Under the pieces are notes generated by a model. It saw only the letters and a program-made list of their open reading frames with translations. It did not search any database and had not been told where the DNA came from. From NCBI GenBank assembly GCA_964016885.1, contig CAXHJY010000493.1, positions 1-25,751 on the forward strand: a stretch of 25,751 nucleotides of DNA, in the 5' to 3' direction. Positions 14,451 through 25,383 of the stretch are shown here, one piece after another. Every line of letters starts with the position of its first letter. Position 1 is the stretch's first letter. A program made the position numbers and the translations under genes. Source of the stretch: Eledone cirrhosa (Eukaryota).

Positions 14451-15139
14451 GGCGTGCGTGTATATATATGCGCGTGTGTGTCAGTGTGTGTGTACGTTTC
14501 TGTATGTATGTGTATTATGTGACTAAATTTGTGTATATATAAAGATACATATATATGTGTGTGTGTGACCGCGTGCGTGCGCGTGTGAATGTTTATATTA
14601 TGTGTGTGTGTGTGTGTACGCGTGTGTGTGATTGTTGATGATTCTAGGTCTGCTTCTCTCTCTATGTTGTTGTGTAGACCCGGCTTAAGCTCTGGCTGAG
14701 TTGTTTCTATTTATGTTTCTATGTATGTGTGTGCGTATGTGTGTGCGTTCGTCTGTCTCTGTTTATGCTTCTGTATGTGTGAGTGCATAAAACAATTAAT
14801 TGCCTAACTACAAGACACGGATTGAAATAAATCAACAACAACAACTTCAACTTGGCTACTAAGACGAATCCAAGACGGCGCTATAACTACTTCCTGAGTC
14901 ATGTTAGCTGTAAATATTGACTGGGTGTATATATAGTTGCTATCCTGATAAATCTCTAATATCTGAGACAGATACATGGATAATATTTGTCTGTCTCAAA
15001 CTGTTTTTCTTCTCTACCTGTTTAAGATGGTAAAAACATTGCCGCTGTTTTATATTTATTCATTTTCTCTCTCTCTCTTTCTTTCTCTCTCTCTTCTCAA
15101 ACCAATCCGCTTGTTGTCAACTTGCTAACTATCTCCCTC

Positions 15140-15151
15140 CTACACCCTCCT

Positions 15152-15191
<40 letters not shown>

Positions 15192-15587
15192 TCTCTCACA
15201 TACATATACAGGTAAACCTTACGCGATACAGACACCTACCGGTATCAGACCACTTTGTTGTACAACTGCACTACATCATATACACACACACACACACACA
15301 CGCAAACATGAACAAACACACTGACTCACACATACACAGCCACACACACTCACACACACATACAAATCCACACACAAATACATACATATACACACTTACA
15401 CATCCACACACACACATATATACAGACATCCACACACTCACAAACACACACACCCCTCTATCTTCTTTCTCATTCTAACCCTCTACTCTCACTCTGTCTC
15501 TCTTAATTCCCCTTTCTCTTCTACTTTTCCTACCCCCTCTTTTATCGTATTTACTGTTGACACACCCTACCCCACCCCACTGCTTTT

Positions 15588-15645
<58 letters not shown>

Positions 15646-15745
15646 CATACATATATATATACAAATATACATACATACACGTACACATACACATACAGAC
15701 ATAAAATAGAAAGATTTATAGTAATGTACTCTTCACTACTCTCTA

Positions 15746-15782
<37 letters not shown>

Positions 15783-15908
15783 CTTGTCTCCTTCTCTCTC
15801 TTTCTTTCTCTCTCTCTCAATCCCTCTCTCTTCTTTTCTCTTTCTCTCACTCACACATACACATGTTCGGTCTTTTTATCCGGCTTTCTTTCTAAAGGCA
15901 AGAGTGTG

Positions 15909-15947
<39 letters not shown>

Positions 15948-15965
15948 GTGTGTGTGCGCGCGTGT
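15140..15965. repeat. Compound microsatellite zone: (CT)n, (CA)n, (TA)n, (GT)n
   Basis: Directly visible. Confidence 0.9.
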
Positions 15966-16119
15966 ATATGTGGAACAGTTGATTTATACACATATCACTG
16001 AGAACAGCCTTTTACATTCAGTAAGTTGCGTGATACTTTAATATCCATACTATATTACCAGGGTGTCCGATTTGGCTATCCACGCCAGCAAGTACATATA
16101 TATATTTATATACACAGTG

Positions 16120-16156
<37 letters not shown>

Positions 16157-16157
16157 A

Positions 16158-16249
16158 CAGGTGTCCCAAAAAATGTAAACATACTTCAATAGCATTCTAA
16201 TAAAAGTGTCTATACAATTTTTTGGCGGTGGGGAGGGAGGGGTCCCCTG
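16158..16249. mobile_element. Decayed Tc1/mariner-type MITE
   Basis: TA-CAGGTGTCCCAAAAAATGTA ... TACAATTTTTTGG..CCCCTG-TA. Confidence 0.55.
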
Positions 16250-16250
16250 T

Positions 16251-16470
16251 ATATTCATTTTATTAAGGCTAAATAGTGAGTATTGTTACTCTGGAGTTTC
16301 GCCTGTTTAGCACAGGGTCATCAGAGTTTTTCCCTAATGACCCAGTGATAAACACCCGAAACTCTTGAGTAACAAGATTCACTATTTAGCCCTAATAAAG
16401 TGAATATTTAAACTCTACTTCGGTATTGAGTACTTTTTCTCTCTCAGCTGTCAACCATATACGGGTGTAT
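16251..16470 (+). mobile_element. Fold-back mini-PLE with HHR in each arm
   Basis: Inverted arms 16251-16324 / 16334-16407. The minus-strand arm has an intact core CTGATGA-C-CCTGT..ACAGG-C-GAAA-CTC-CA-GAG-TA; the plus arm is decayed (CTAATGA). Tail hairpin at 16412-16431. Confidence 0.72.
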
Positions 16471-16565
16471 ATTATATATATATATAAGCTAATGTATTTC
16501 TTCATTGTACTGTGTTGATTACTTTGTTGATTCCGTTTACTTTGTGCATATATATATATATATAT

Positions 16566-16958
16566 ATAAATGGAAACTATATTTATAAAACCATATTTAT
16601 TTTATATATATTTCAAGGACAACCAAGGCAAATTATGGTGCGCTTTCATCAGATAAAATACAGATTTGTTTTATAAATAAATATTGACATATCCAGGAAG
16701 CTCCAACCGTTAAGGTTGTCTTTTTTCCGGGTATGTCAATATTTATTTATAAAACAAATCTGTATTTTATCTGATGAAAGCGCACCATAATTTGCCTTGG
16801 TTGCCCTTGAAATATATATAATAAAATAAATATGGTTTTATAAATATAGTTTCCATTTATTAATATATTGTGTATTTACTCCACTACTGTTGAGTGCTTT
16901 ATATCAGTTCTAAACATTTTTTAAGCTTGTTGAATCCCAACAAATTAAATATAACCTC

Positions 16959-16961
<3 letters not shown>
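16566..16961 (+). mobile_element. Fold-back mini-PLE with ~130-bp inverted arms
   Basis: Arms about 16566-16694 / 16728-16860, HHR 16763-16828, tail hairpin 16877-16896, flanked by (TA)n on both sides. Confidence 0.78.
16763..16828 (+). ncRNA. Type I hammerhead ribozyme (antisense copy at about 16597-16660)
   Basis: Stem I TATTTTAT/ATAAAATA, CTGATGA, stem II AAG-C-GCA-CCA/TGG-T-TGC-C-CTT, GAAA, palindromic stem III ATATATAT, cleavage after UA. Confidence 0.7.
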
Positions 16962-17015
<54 letters not shown>

Positions 17016-17019
<4 letters not shown>

Positions 17020-17210
17020 TACAATGAAGAAATACATTCGCTTAACGTTTGATGTAGTAGAAAGAGTAATTTGTTTTATGTTTCGGACACTAGTCCTTCA
17101 TCAGAAGATAGAATGAGAAATAAAAGATGTAATAGAAAGATAGATAGTGAGAAGAGCAAGGAACGGAAAACATTTTTTTAAAAGAAAAAGCACTTGTGTA
17201 TTCAGTCACC
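17016..17210 (-). mobile_element. Family X repeat with minimal HHR core
   Basis: Minus strand reads CTGATGA-A-GGAC-TAGT-GTCC-GAAA-CATA (17077-17104). Aligns with 6210-6430. Confidence 0.7.
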
Positions 17211-17444
17211 TGTTTTTTTTTGGGGGGGGGGGTATATTTAATATAGAAATGGCTTCTACAGGACAAGAACTGAAATATATATAGCAGTAATAAACGAAGC
17301 TAAATTTTAATCATTTGACTTTTTATTTAACTTTATTTTACATTACTCCGGAGTAACCAAACCAACCTGCGCACTTCGTCGAGTGCTCCAGCCTGCATAC
17401 TGAGGTGTTGGTATACAACCACCATAAACTGAAAATCTATATAT

Positions 17445-18363
17445 ATGAGCTGATAGATGACGGTTTAAGGATTTACAGAAACCCAAGAAGCTAGATATTC
17501 CATCTCTCTAGTGGGTCCGGGTATGCATTTTACATTCATTTCATTTATTGATTTATTGATAATTTATCTGAGTGTCCCGAATCTTCCATATCGAACTTAT
17601 CGGTTATTTGGTTGATTGTAGACATATTCTACGTGTGACGGTATTTAACGATAGTTATAGCTCTAATTTATTTGAATTATAGAGCCCTCTGCCGCTCATC
17701 TCGAATTTTGTTTATCGTGAACTCGTGCGCCGATTTTTCGATACTCGATTATTCTACTATATTTAGCTCTAGACTTAGCTATTGACCAGTTAATTTTATT
17801 GTTCATTTTTTGTCGATTCTATTAAATGATGAATAGCCCCTGTTTATTTTAACATGTCTATTGAGCACTCTTATTCGATATGTGTTTTTGCCACACTTTT
17901 CCGAATATTTTTGCGGATATAAAGGTTATCTCCCTTGCTGAAATCCATGTGCGTATTTTTAGCCTGGGTCTTGACTTTCCATCCATTCGGACGAAGCTCG
18001 TTGATGAAGTAACTCCAGTCCCCCGCTGTCTGTAAGTCTTATATTTTTATATGAGCTGATAGATGCCGGTTTAAGGATTTACAGAAACCCAAGAAGCTAG
18101 ATATTCCATCTCTCTAGTGGGTCCGGGTATGCTTTTTACATTCATTTCATTTATTGATTTATTGATAATTTATCTGAGTGTCCCGAATCTTCCATGTCGA
18201 ACTTATCGGTTATTTGGTTGATTGTAGACATATTCTACGTGTGACGGTATTTAACGATAGTTATAGCTCTAATTTATTTGAATTATAGAGCCCTCTGCCG
18301 CTCATCTCGAATTTTGTTTATCGTGAACTCGTGCGCCGATTTTTCGATACTCGATTATTCTAC
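17445..18363 (+). repeat. 1.5-unit tandem: ~318-bp direct repeats (17445-17762, 18051-18368), period 606 bp; probably PLE-derived
   Basis: I count only three substitutions between the copies. The spacer begins with the PLE tail hairpin (17766-17866) and the unit is bounded by TA runs. Confidence 0.85.
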
Positions 18364-18385
18364 TATATATATATATATATATATA

Positions 18386-18498
18386 TGACAAAACTGGGGC
18401 CCTATCGTGACAGAACTGGTATCCCACTCGTGACAAGACAAGGGTCTCTATCATGACAGGATTGGGGTCTTTATTGTGACAAGACTGGGATCCTATCA
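18386..18498. repeat. 22-23 bp minisatellite, 5 units
   Basis: Consensus approximately TGACAAGACTGGGGTCCCTATCG. Confidence 0.85.
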
Positions 18499-18607
18499 TT
18501 AGCACACGCACAAAACCTCCGATGAGGTGCAACCACGATGGCGGCCGGCTGAACCAACATAGGTGTGAGCTGTCAATTTAATTTCATTTCATTGTGTATA
18601 CACACAA

Positions 18608-18671
<64 letters not shown>

Positions 18672-18674
18672 TAC

Positions 18675-19109
18675 ATGGTGGCTGCCAACTCGTTTTCGAG
18701 TACGGCCACTACTTTATAACCATGTAGGAGAACCCCTACCGATACGCTGAACGAGTGTGACTTTTTAGTCCAGCCAGCAACTTGAAAACTCTGGTACAAA
18801 CACTACACTTGTGACAATTATTGACACATAGTGCTGGGCCCATGGTACCATGTAATGACAAGTGCAGAGAGATCTCCAGATACAAAGCAATGCCTGTGCC
18901 GTGAAGCTTTTATAGTGAGCAAAGGCACTGCACAAAGCCAGTCCCACTCTCTTAACCAAGATGATATTTACCAAAAAGAAGAACAAGTCAACATCATTGG
19001 ATACCATCAGGGTTGCAGGTGTTATATCAGAGTTTTCCTTCTCCTAGAATTCTGCCTTGACAAAGGCTAAGGGGTCATCTCTCCCAGTGATTTTGGATGG
19101 CCATTGACT
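18675..19109 (-). mobile_element. Non-autonomous RTE-derived retroposon, copy 2 (5'-truncated)
   Basis: Highly similar to 4159-4611. The zinc finger's last His is mutated to Tyr. Flanked by (ATAC)/(AC) microsatellites. Confidence 0.78.
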
Positions 19110-19131
19110 CTTAAGAGCTCCTTTGCCCTCA

Positions 19132-19164
<33 letters not shown>

Positions 19165-19189
19165 GTATATATATATATATATGTATGTA

Positions 19190-19253
<64 letters not shown>

Positions 19254-19271
19254 TACATATATATATACACG

Positions 19272-19390
19272 AATGAAACAGTTCTTTCCCTGTATGAGTC
19301 ATTTCTATATGAAGTAAATATATATCATCTCTATTAATGTATTGAGTACCTTATTTAATTGTGGTTCCTTTTCGTTCACTTTCGGAAAAT
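19272..19390 (+). mobile_element. PLE 3' fragment related to 8957-9030
   Basis: GAATGAAACAGTTCT..CCTGTA...TTTCTATAT match, plus the tail hairpin at 19329-19346. Confidence 0.55.
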
Positions 19391-20292
19391 CATTCTTAAT
19401 TATATTATATTGGTACAGTTAATGTATCTGCAGTGAATATATCCAAATTGAAAATTCCAGCGTGAAAAAATCATAAGACTAAAAGAGACTCCATTAAATA
19501 AACAAGCAACGAATCTCTATAATGTTTACTACATAAGGTCAACTCCACCTAGAAAGGTTGGTGTGGAGAATATCTCAAATATTAATTACAAATAAAAAAT
19601 AAAAAAAAAACTTTGTTGTAATGCGGTAAGTACATTTAATTAAATACTTGGTGTATGTACAATCCTCTTGTATTTAAGGAACAGGCAAACAATATCCTGT
19701 TTTAGAAAGAAAAATTGCTAGCTTGAAATACCAAGTAAAGCAGACGAATTTGGTGACGGTGGAATCGGGAAAAATGTGTAGATTCTTCATAGAGCTAAAA
19801 TGTCATCATCCTTTGTAATACACTGTCACGTAACCGAACTTTTCTAGAAAGTTCTATTGGCAAAACAAAAAAGGGCTGATTTCAAAATTGTGATATAAGA
19901 GTTAACGATAGGGGTAAATCAGCGCTTCAAATATATCGTTTACAGTGTGTGTTCAATGGACAGGTGCATCTAAAAGTCAAATGTAGACGAGACAAGGTAA
20001 ACCTGTAGCGAAATCTCTTCACACATACTGATCCCCGATTGACATCTGACTGCTGTTTCTCTTTATCTCGGTTGGCGCTAGTGATCTGGAGAGGCTGGTC
20101 AGCTTGAGGTGAAGTGAGATAAGTCATTCGACTCTGGTTCCTCGGAAGAGAAGCATCACTTCGACCTCCTCAAGCAAGTAGCGAGATGTAGCGCTTAGCA
20201 AAACGCTGCGGTCCTCTCGACAAGGGCCCGACTGCAATTCTTCCATCTCCAATTCAACCTGACAGAGTCATCTGCCTCTTCATATATACAAA

Positions 20293-20342
20293 ACAGCTGA
20301 ATGAGTTGGGGGTGTATAACCCAACGAAACTTAAGTATCTGT
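20293..20342 (+). ncRNA. Type I hammerhead ribozyme with variant core CUGAAUGA
   Basis: ACAG-CTGAATGA-GTTGGG-loop-CCCAAC-GAAA-CTTAAG-TA-T-CTGT, giving a perfect 6-bp stem II and a palindromic stem III. Confidence 0.7.
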
Positions 20343-20474
20343 ATATCTCACTGTTGTAACTAATTGTTCTTAACTAAGTATAATTAGTTACAACAGTGAC
20401 ATATACAGTTGATAGTGCTCTTACCCTTGAATATTTCAATCAGACTACAGTGAGTATATATAATGGACTTCCTA

Positions 20475-20783
<309 letters not shown>

Positions 20784-20959
20784 ATAGTAAGAAGTGCGCT
20801 AGCAGCCGGAGTAGTGTACGATAAAGTTATATCTGTATAAATACAGAGTATGTAACTGAGACGGCACCAATGTGTATAAATATATATATCTAATATGTTG
20901 GCATGTAAACATGCCAGAAAATACGAATTTCTCTGGAAATTGAAAACAATTATAAACAA

Positions 20960-21000
20960 CTTTAAATGATTTTCGAATCTTATTTTACCCTCGTCAGAAG
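20960..21000 (-). ncRNA. Minimal hammerhead motif
   Basis: CTT-CTGACGA-GGGT-loop-ATTC-GAAA-ATCATT-TA-AAG. Stem II relies on G.U pairs. Confidence 0.5.
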
Positions 21001-21578
21001 ACGTATACATCATCCAATCAACTTACCCACATGTATTTGGTGCCTCGATCAGGTGATCGTTCTTAGGGTTGGGGTTAGGGTTCTAATGAAATACACTGCC
21101 TTTGTGTTTCAATTAATTTTGAAAATAACCAAACATTTGGAGGAATTTAAGAAAATAACTTGTTCATTAATAAGCTGATATTTAGATCATCACTTTAAAC
21201 AAAATAATGATGGAAGGTTTTAATATAGGGATAAACATTTTAAAATTAGGAGTTTTGTATCATAAATCTATAACAGTTTCAGTGTGTTTGGTATCAATGG
21301 CCGGTATGGTACTGAGCGAAAGGTAGATATTATTCTGTCTTTATGCTACGGTATGTAACGTATTTGAAGCTACAGCCACGGCAGGTGGGTTTAATATGGT
21401 CACATGTTAACATATAAATAGAAAACATTAACCAACTTATTGAATTATACAGTAAGTTTCGTGCATTAAATTACCATTTTTATAATGAAGCGGAAATCAG
21501 TTACTTTGTATATTTAATCATTAATATTTATAATTTTATTATGAGTAGGTAAGATCTACCATGCTTATATACACATAC

Positions 21579-21648
<70 letters not shown>

Positions 21649-21653
<5 letters not shown>

Positions 21654-21886
21654 AACAAGTATGACCCCGACGGCAGAGCTCAAGCCGTTTCGACGGCTAT
21701 TTCTGGACTAAATAAGAATGTTTAGCCTGATAAATAAGTATTCTTATTTAGTCCAGAAATAGCCGTCGAAACGGCTTGAGCTCTGCCGTCGGGGTCATAC
21801 TTGTTCCTATTACCCACTCTACTACCCTAAGTATTGAGTACTTTGGTGCGTTATGGTCCATCTGGTTCCTTACCACAATTCCTTCG

Positions 21887-21887
<1 letters not shown>
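21649..21887 (+). mobile_element. Fold-back mini-PLE with perfect 71-bp arms
   Basis: Arms 21649-21719 / 21740-21810 with a 20-nt loop. Contains the 3' half of an HHR (GAAA-CGGC..GCCG-TC, 21768-21790) and the tail hairpin at 21816-21839. (TA)n on both sides. Confidence 0.78.
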
Positions 21888-21920
<33 letters not shown>

Positions 21921-22048
21921 TAATAAAAATAATGAATAAAAACAAAGAAACAGTTCCTTATATTAAAAAAATTCATCATTTTACGATCGTTTCTAGGATA
22001 TATATGTTTGTGTTGGTATGTATATCATATAGATCTATGTAAAATTTT

Positions 22049-23279
22049 AATATCTCACTCAGAATTTCTAACCTTTCGTCTAACCAGGATGTATTTGATA
22101 AAAATGCGACCTTTTATAACGAAGCTTTAGCTAGAAGTGGCCACAAAAACCAATTAGTATATATACCTTGCACCAATAACACTACAAACATACAACCCAA
22201 TATTACCAACAAACACCAAATGAAATATACAAACCTAAATGCCTCTCACACTATATCCAAAAATACCAACATAAAACTTAATTTCTCTAACTCTTCTAAT
22301 ATACAATATAGTAACTTTCAAAAAACTATTCATCCTAATACTCCAATATATGTTAATAATAAAATTCCTAATAAACAGGCTAAAACACCTAAATCAATGA
22401 ATCTAACTAAAAATATGTGTAATAAAATCATTAACAATAATTCTCTTAATAAACATCAGGATACATCCTATAAAAATAATAAACAACATCGAAACCGTAA
22501 TAGACGAGTTACTTGGTATAATGCTCCATTTAATCTACAAATTAAAGATAATATACCTAAAAAAATTTTTACTATCCTAGAGAAAAACTTCCCGCCAAAC
22601 CACAAATACCATCAAATTTTAAATAGATCAACGGTTAAATTCTCCTACTCAACAACCAAAAATATACAACAAAATATAAGTGCCTATAATGCATATAAAT
22701 GTAAAAAAAACAATGAATATACCACCAATACATCAAACTAACCATAATACTAAAATAAACCACAGCAAACCACCATCTCATTCACATACAACAAGTCGTA
22801 AAAATTCCACACCTAATTTGACTATCTCCTCTGATACAGCATTCACGAAAGGTTGTAACTGTAGAAACAAAGCAAATTGCCCATTAAAAGGAAATTGCCT
22901 TATTAATAACATAGTATATAAATGTAAAATTAACACTAAGGACTCAACTTATTCATATATAGGAGCTACTTCTAACCAATTTAAAGTAAGATTTAATACC
23001 CACAAACACAGTTTTAAAAATGCCGCATTAGCTAATACAACATCTTTAGCTGAAATAATTAATAATTATAGAAAAAAGAATATGGATTATAACCTGACCT
23101 GGAGTGTGCTCAAAAGGGCCACCCCTTATCAAAATAATAGATATGAATGTAGATTATGTTCCCAGGAACTTTTTGAAATAATGAAATCTAAGGATATCCT
23201 ATGAAATAAACGACAGGAATTAATTATATCATGTAATCATAAATTGAGAAGAACTTTTAAATATTATAAACCTAATTAA
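22049..23279 (+). pseudogene. PLE ORF remnant: RT thumb/linker plus GIY-YIG endonuclease
   Basis: RISNLSSNQDVF..YNEALARSGH, RRVTWYNAPF..NFPPNHKYHQILNRSTVKFSYS, CNCRNKANCPLKGNC, NIVY..YIG..FKVRFNTH, CRLC..E, NKRQELIISCNH. Has a frameshift near the A8 run (22703-22710) and a premature TGA at 23202. Confidence 0.9.
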
Positions 23280-24033
23280 TATACACTTTAGAAATTATTA
23301 TAATAACATTTTTTTTTTTTTTTTTTTAAAATTAGTTAACCTATAATTAATATTCTACTACTAATGAACTGCATAATTTTATTTCCCCTTTACAGCTATC
23401 TTTTCCTAAAATGTATACCAATAAGTATACATATAAACTATTTTAATTTCAGGTTATGATTCTATATTCCTTATAATCTATATAAATTTGTTATTTCTCA
23501 CTAATAAATTTACCCCCCACCCCCACCCCACCCCCCCAATAATAATTATTATTTTTTTATTTTCCCTTCGTTTTTAACAGCACTCTTCAATTACATCTAA
23601 CTCTTATTTATATCTATATGAATTAATATAAATTTATCAATATAAATATACCTATCAATTTAATTAATTTATTTTCTTTTTATAGATGTAAATTCCCTAT
23701 ATTTTAAATAAGATTGATATTTTTCACTAACACATTTATCGTAAAATTTTATTCTCCTTAGATATTTACATTAGCATTATTCTTTTATAACATCAATTTT
23801 TCGTGTACCTTTTACCGACTTGACCTATTTTCATCCCTAAAATAATCTTTTCATTCATCATACTCTTTCCATTCAAAATTGAAATCTGCTTTCCTCTACC
23901 CCTAAATTAAAGTTCTATTACTACTATTCTACCATCTTGACCACTTACTACCTTTCTATTGGTCAATTCAAAACCTGTTCCCAAACAGACCTATTATATT
24001 AAATCTTTGTTGGTTTTTTTCAATAAACAAATA

Positions 24034-24171
24034 TCATTATTTCTGAAGACAGCATATATATGTGTAGGTATGTATATTCCCTCTGATAGTTTGTAAAAAT
24101 TTTACATAGATCTATATGATATACATACCAACACAAACATATATATCCTAGAAACGATCGTAAAATGATGA
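24034..24171 (+). ncRNA. Type I hammerhead ribozyme with ~100-nt stem II in the PLE pLTR
   Basis: Stem I TCATTATTT/AAATGATGA, CTGAAGA (24043-24049), stem II helices ATATATATGT/ACATATATAT and GGTATGTATAT/ATATACATACC, GAAA (24151-24154), palindromic ACGATCGT, GUA triplet. Confidence 0.78.
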
Positions 24172-24355
24172 ATTTTTAATATAAGGAACTGTTTCTTTGT
24201 TTTTATTCATTATTTTTATTAATTTATCTTGACTCTGTTTTCCTGTATTTTTCATCGAAAAAAATTTTTTTGAATACATCTCTTTTCATGAGATTCGGAT
24301 TACATTGAGTTCTTCATACGGTTTGGACACTACCGTACATTTTGGTAGATTTATC

Positions 24356-24405
<50 letters not shown>

Positions 24406-24413
24406 TTTTTTTT

Positions 24414-25135
24414 CCCGGCAGAGCTGTTCTGCTAGAGAAGGGGTCGCAGGTGGCGGATGGCAATCCGGCCACCAGATATGATAGCTAGTTGCGATATAAG
24501 CAATGAGCGGGCAACTGCCGGACGAATAAGCAACCCTAGTAAACTACTAAGGAGATGGAGCAATGTAGCTCCTAAGAAAATTCTCACAACCCAGTGACGT
24601 AGCTACGACGAGGCGAGTAAAATCGCCTCTAAAAAAGCCTAGTCTTCGCTGGTTTGACAAAGCACCAGACTGGTGACTGGCGCGAATAAGACCACTGAAA
24701 CTGAAACTGAAACTGAAATATGATGAGGAAAACAAAGAAGAACCATTCCGCATCGGTCTTCGCGCGGGTTAACAAGGGACGCGTTAAAGGCCTTATGTAA
24801 AGGGGCTTGTTTGAAAAATACATTGCAGTCTCTATTTCATGCTGCGAAACTGGCGATGGGCCTGCGACCTGTCCTGGAAGGTGTTAGATGGACGCACAAG
24901 ATTGCGTATCCCGAGACCCCAAAGTGGGTTTGGAAAGGCAAACCTTGACAGTTGGGACCTGGAACATCACAACTCTTACAGATAAGGAGCAGGAACTGGT
25001 AGAGGAGTCTAGATGCTACCAGCTACATATAGTCAAGGTTTCCTCCACAAAGTTCTGTGGATCTGATACTGTAGAATTGGATGGAGGGTAGAAATTCCAC
25101 TATTCAGGTGTGGCGTCAGCAATGACTTTGGGGTG
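24414..25135 (+). mobile_element. RTE-clade LINE 5' fragment (5' UTR plus start of APE endonuclease), decayed
   Basis: 24888-25130 translates to TVGTWNITTLTDKEQELVEESRCYQLHIVKVSSTKFCGSDTVELDGG*KFHYSGV, an APE N-terminus of Rex3/Expander type with a W>stop change. The GC-richer 5' UTR has a CCGGCAG/CTGCCGG stem. Confidence 0.82.
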
Positions 25136-25208
25136 ATACTGAGACCAAGAACGCCGGACGTCTCCACTGCTACAAATCTATAAGAAAACGGTCGATACTT
25201 CAACAGCA

Positions 25209-25383
25209 TTGGCAGTATCGGTAGAGAGTCGGACACTATGCTTTGAAGCATAGAGTTACGTCCCTTTATTATCTGAGTTCAAATCCCGCCGAGGTTAACT
25301 TTGCCTTACGGTGTCGATAAAATAAAGTACCAGTAATGTACTGGGTAACTGCTGGCCTTGTGCCTAAAAATAGAAACAATTAT
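25209..25383 (+). mobile_element. tRNA-type SINE
   Basis: B box GAGTTCAAATCC. Same subfamily as 12810-12994. Confidence 0.85.

Larger units (their letters stand above)
21915..24358 (+). mobile_element. 5'-truncated Penelope-like retroelement (probably Naiad clade) with inverted 5' pLTR
   Basis: 21915-22048 is the reverse complement of 24096-24227. Contains coding remnant 22049-23279, a long AT-rich 3' UTR, HHR 24034-24171 and a 3' extension to 24358. Inserted in (TA)n. Confidence 0.9.

Noticed and set aside
17445-18368. TRIM/LTR retrotransposon
   Set aside because: No TG..CA termini, PBS, polypurine tract or TSD.
18514-18564. ACCT-CCGATGA...GAAC...AGGT as a hammerhead
   Set aside because: Two core mismatches and poor stems II and III. 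At most a decayed relic.
19927-20280. GC-richer segment and 66-aa ORF as an exon
   Set aside because: No recognisable motif or convincing splice sites. More likely the body of the element ending in the 20293 ribozyme.
20417-20457. TGCTC...GAGTA as a tenth copy of the tail hairpin
   Set aside because: The lower stem fits, but the bulge is GT and the upper stem is unconvincing, so it was not counted.
23202-23204. In-frame TGA in the PLE ORF as possible selenocysteine (known in some Naiad elements)
   Set aside because: It falls at the Leu position of the LLNKRxEL motif rather than at a conserved Cys. All conserved Cys here are TGY and I could not identify a SECIS, so it is most likely a TTA>TGA nonsense mutation.
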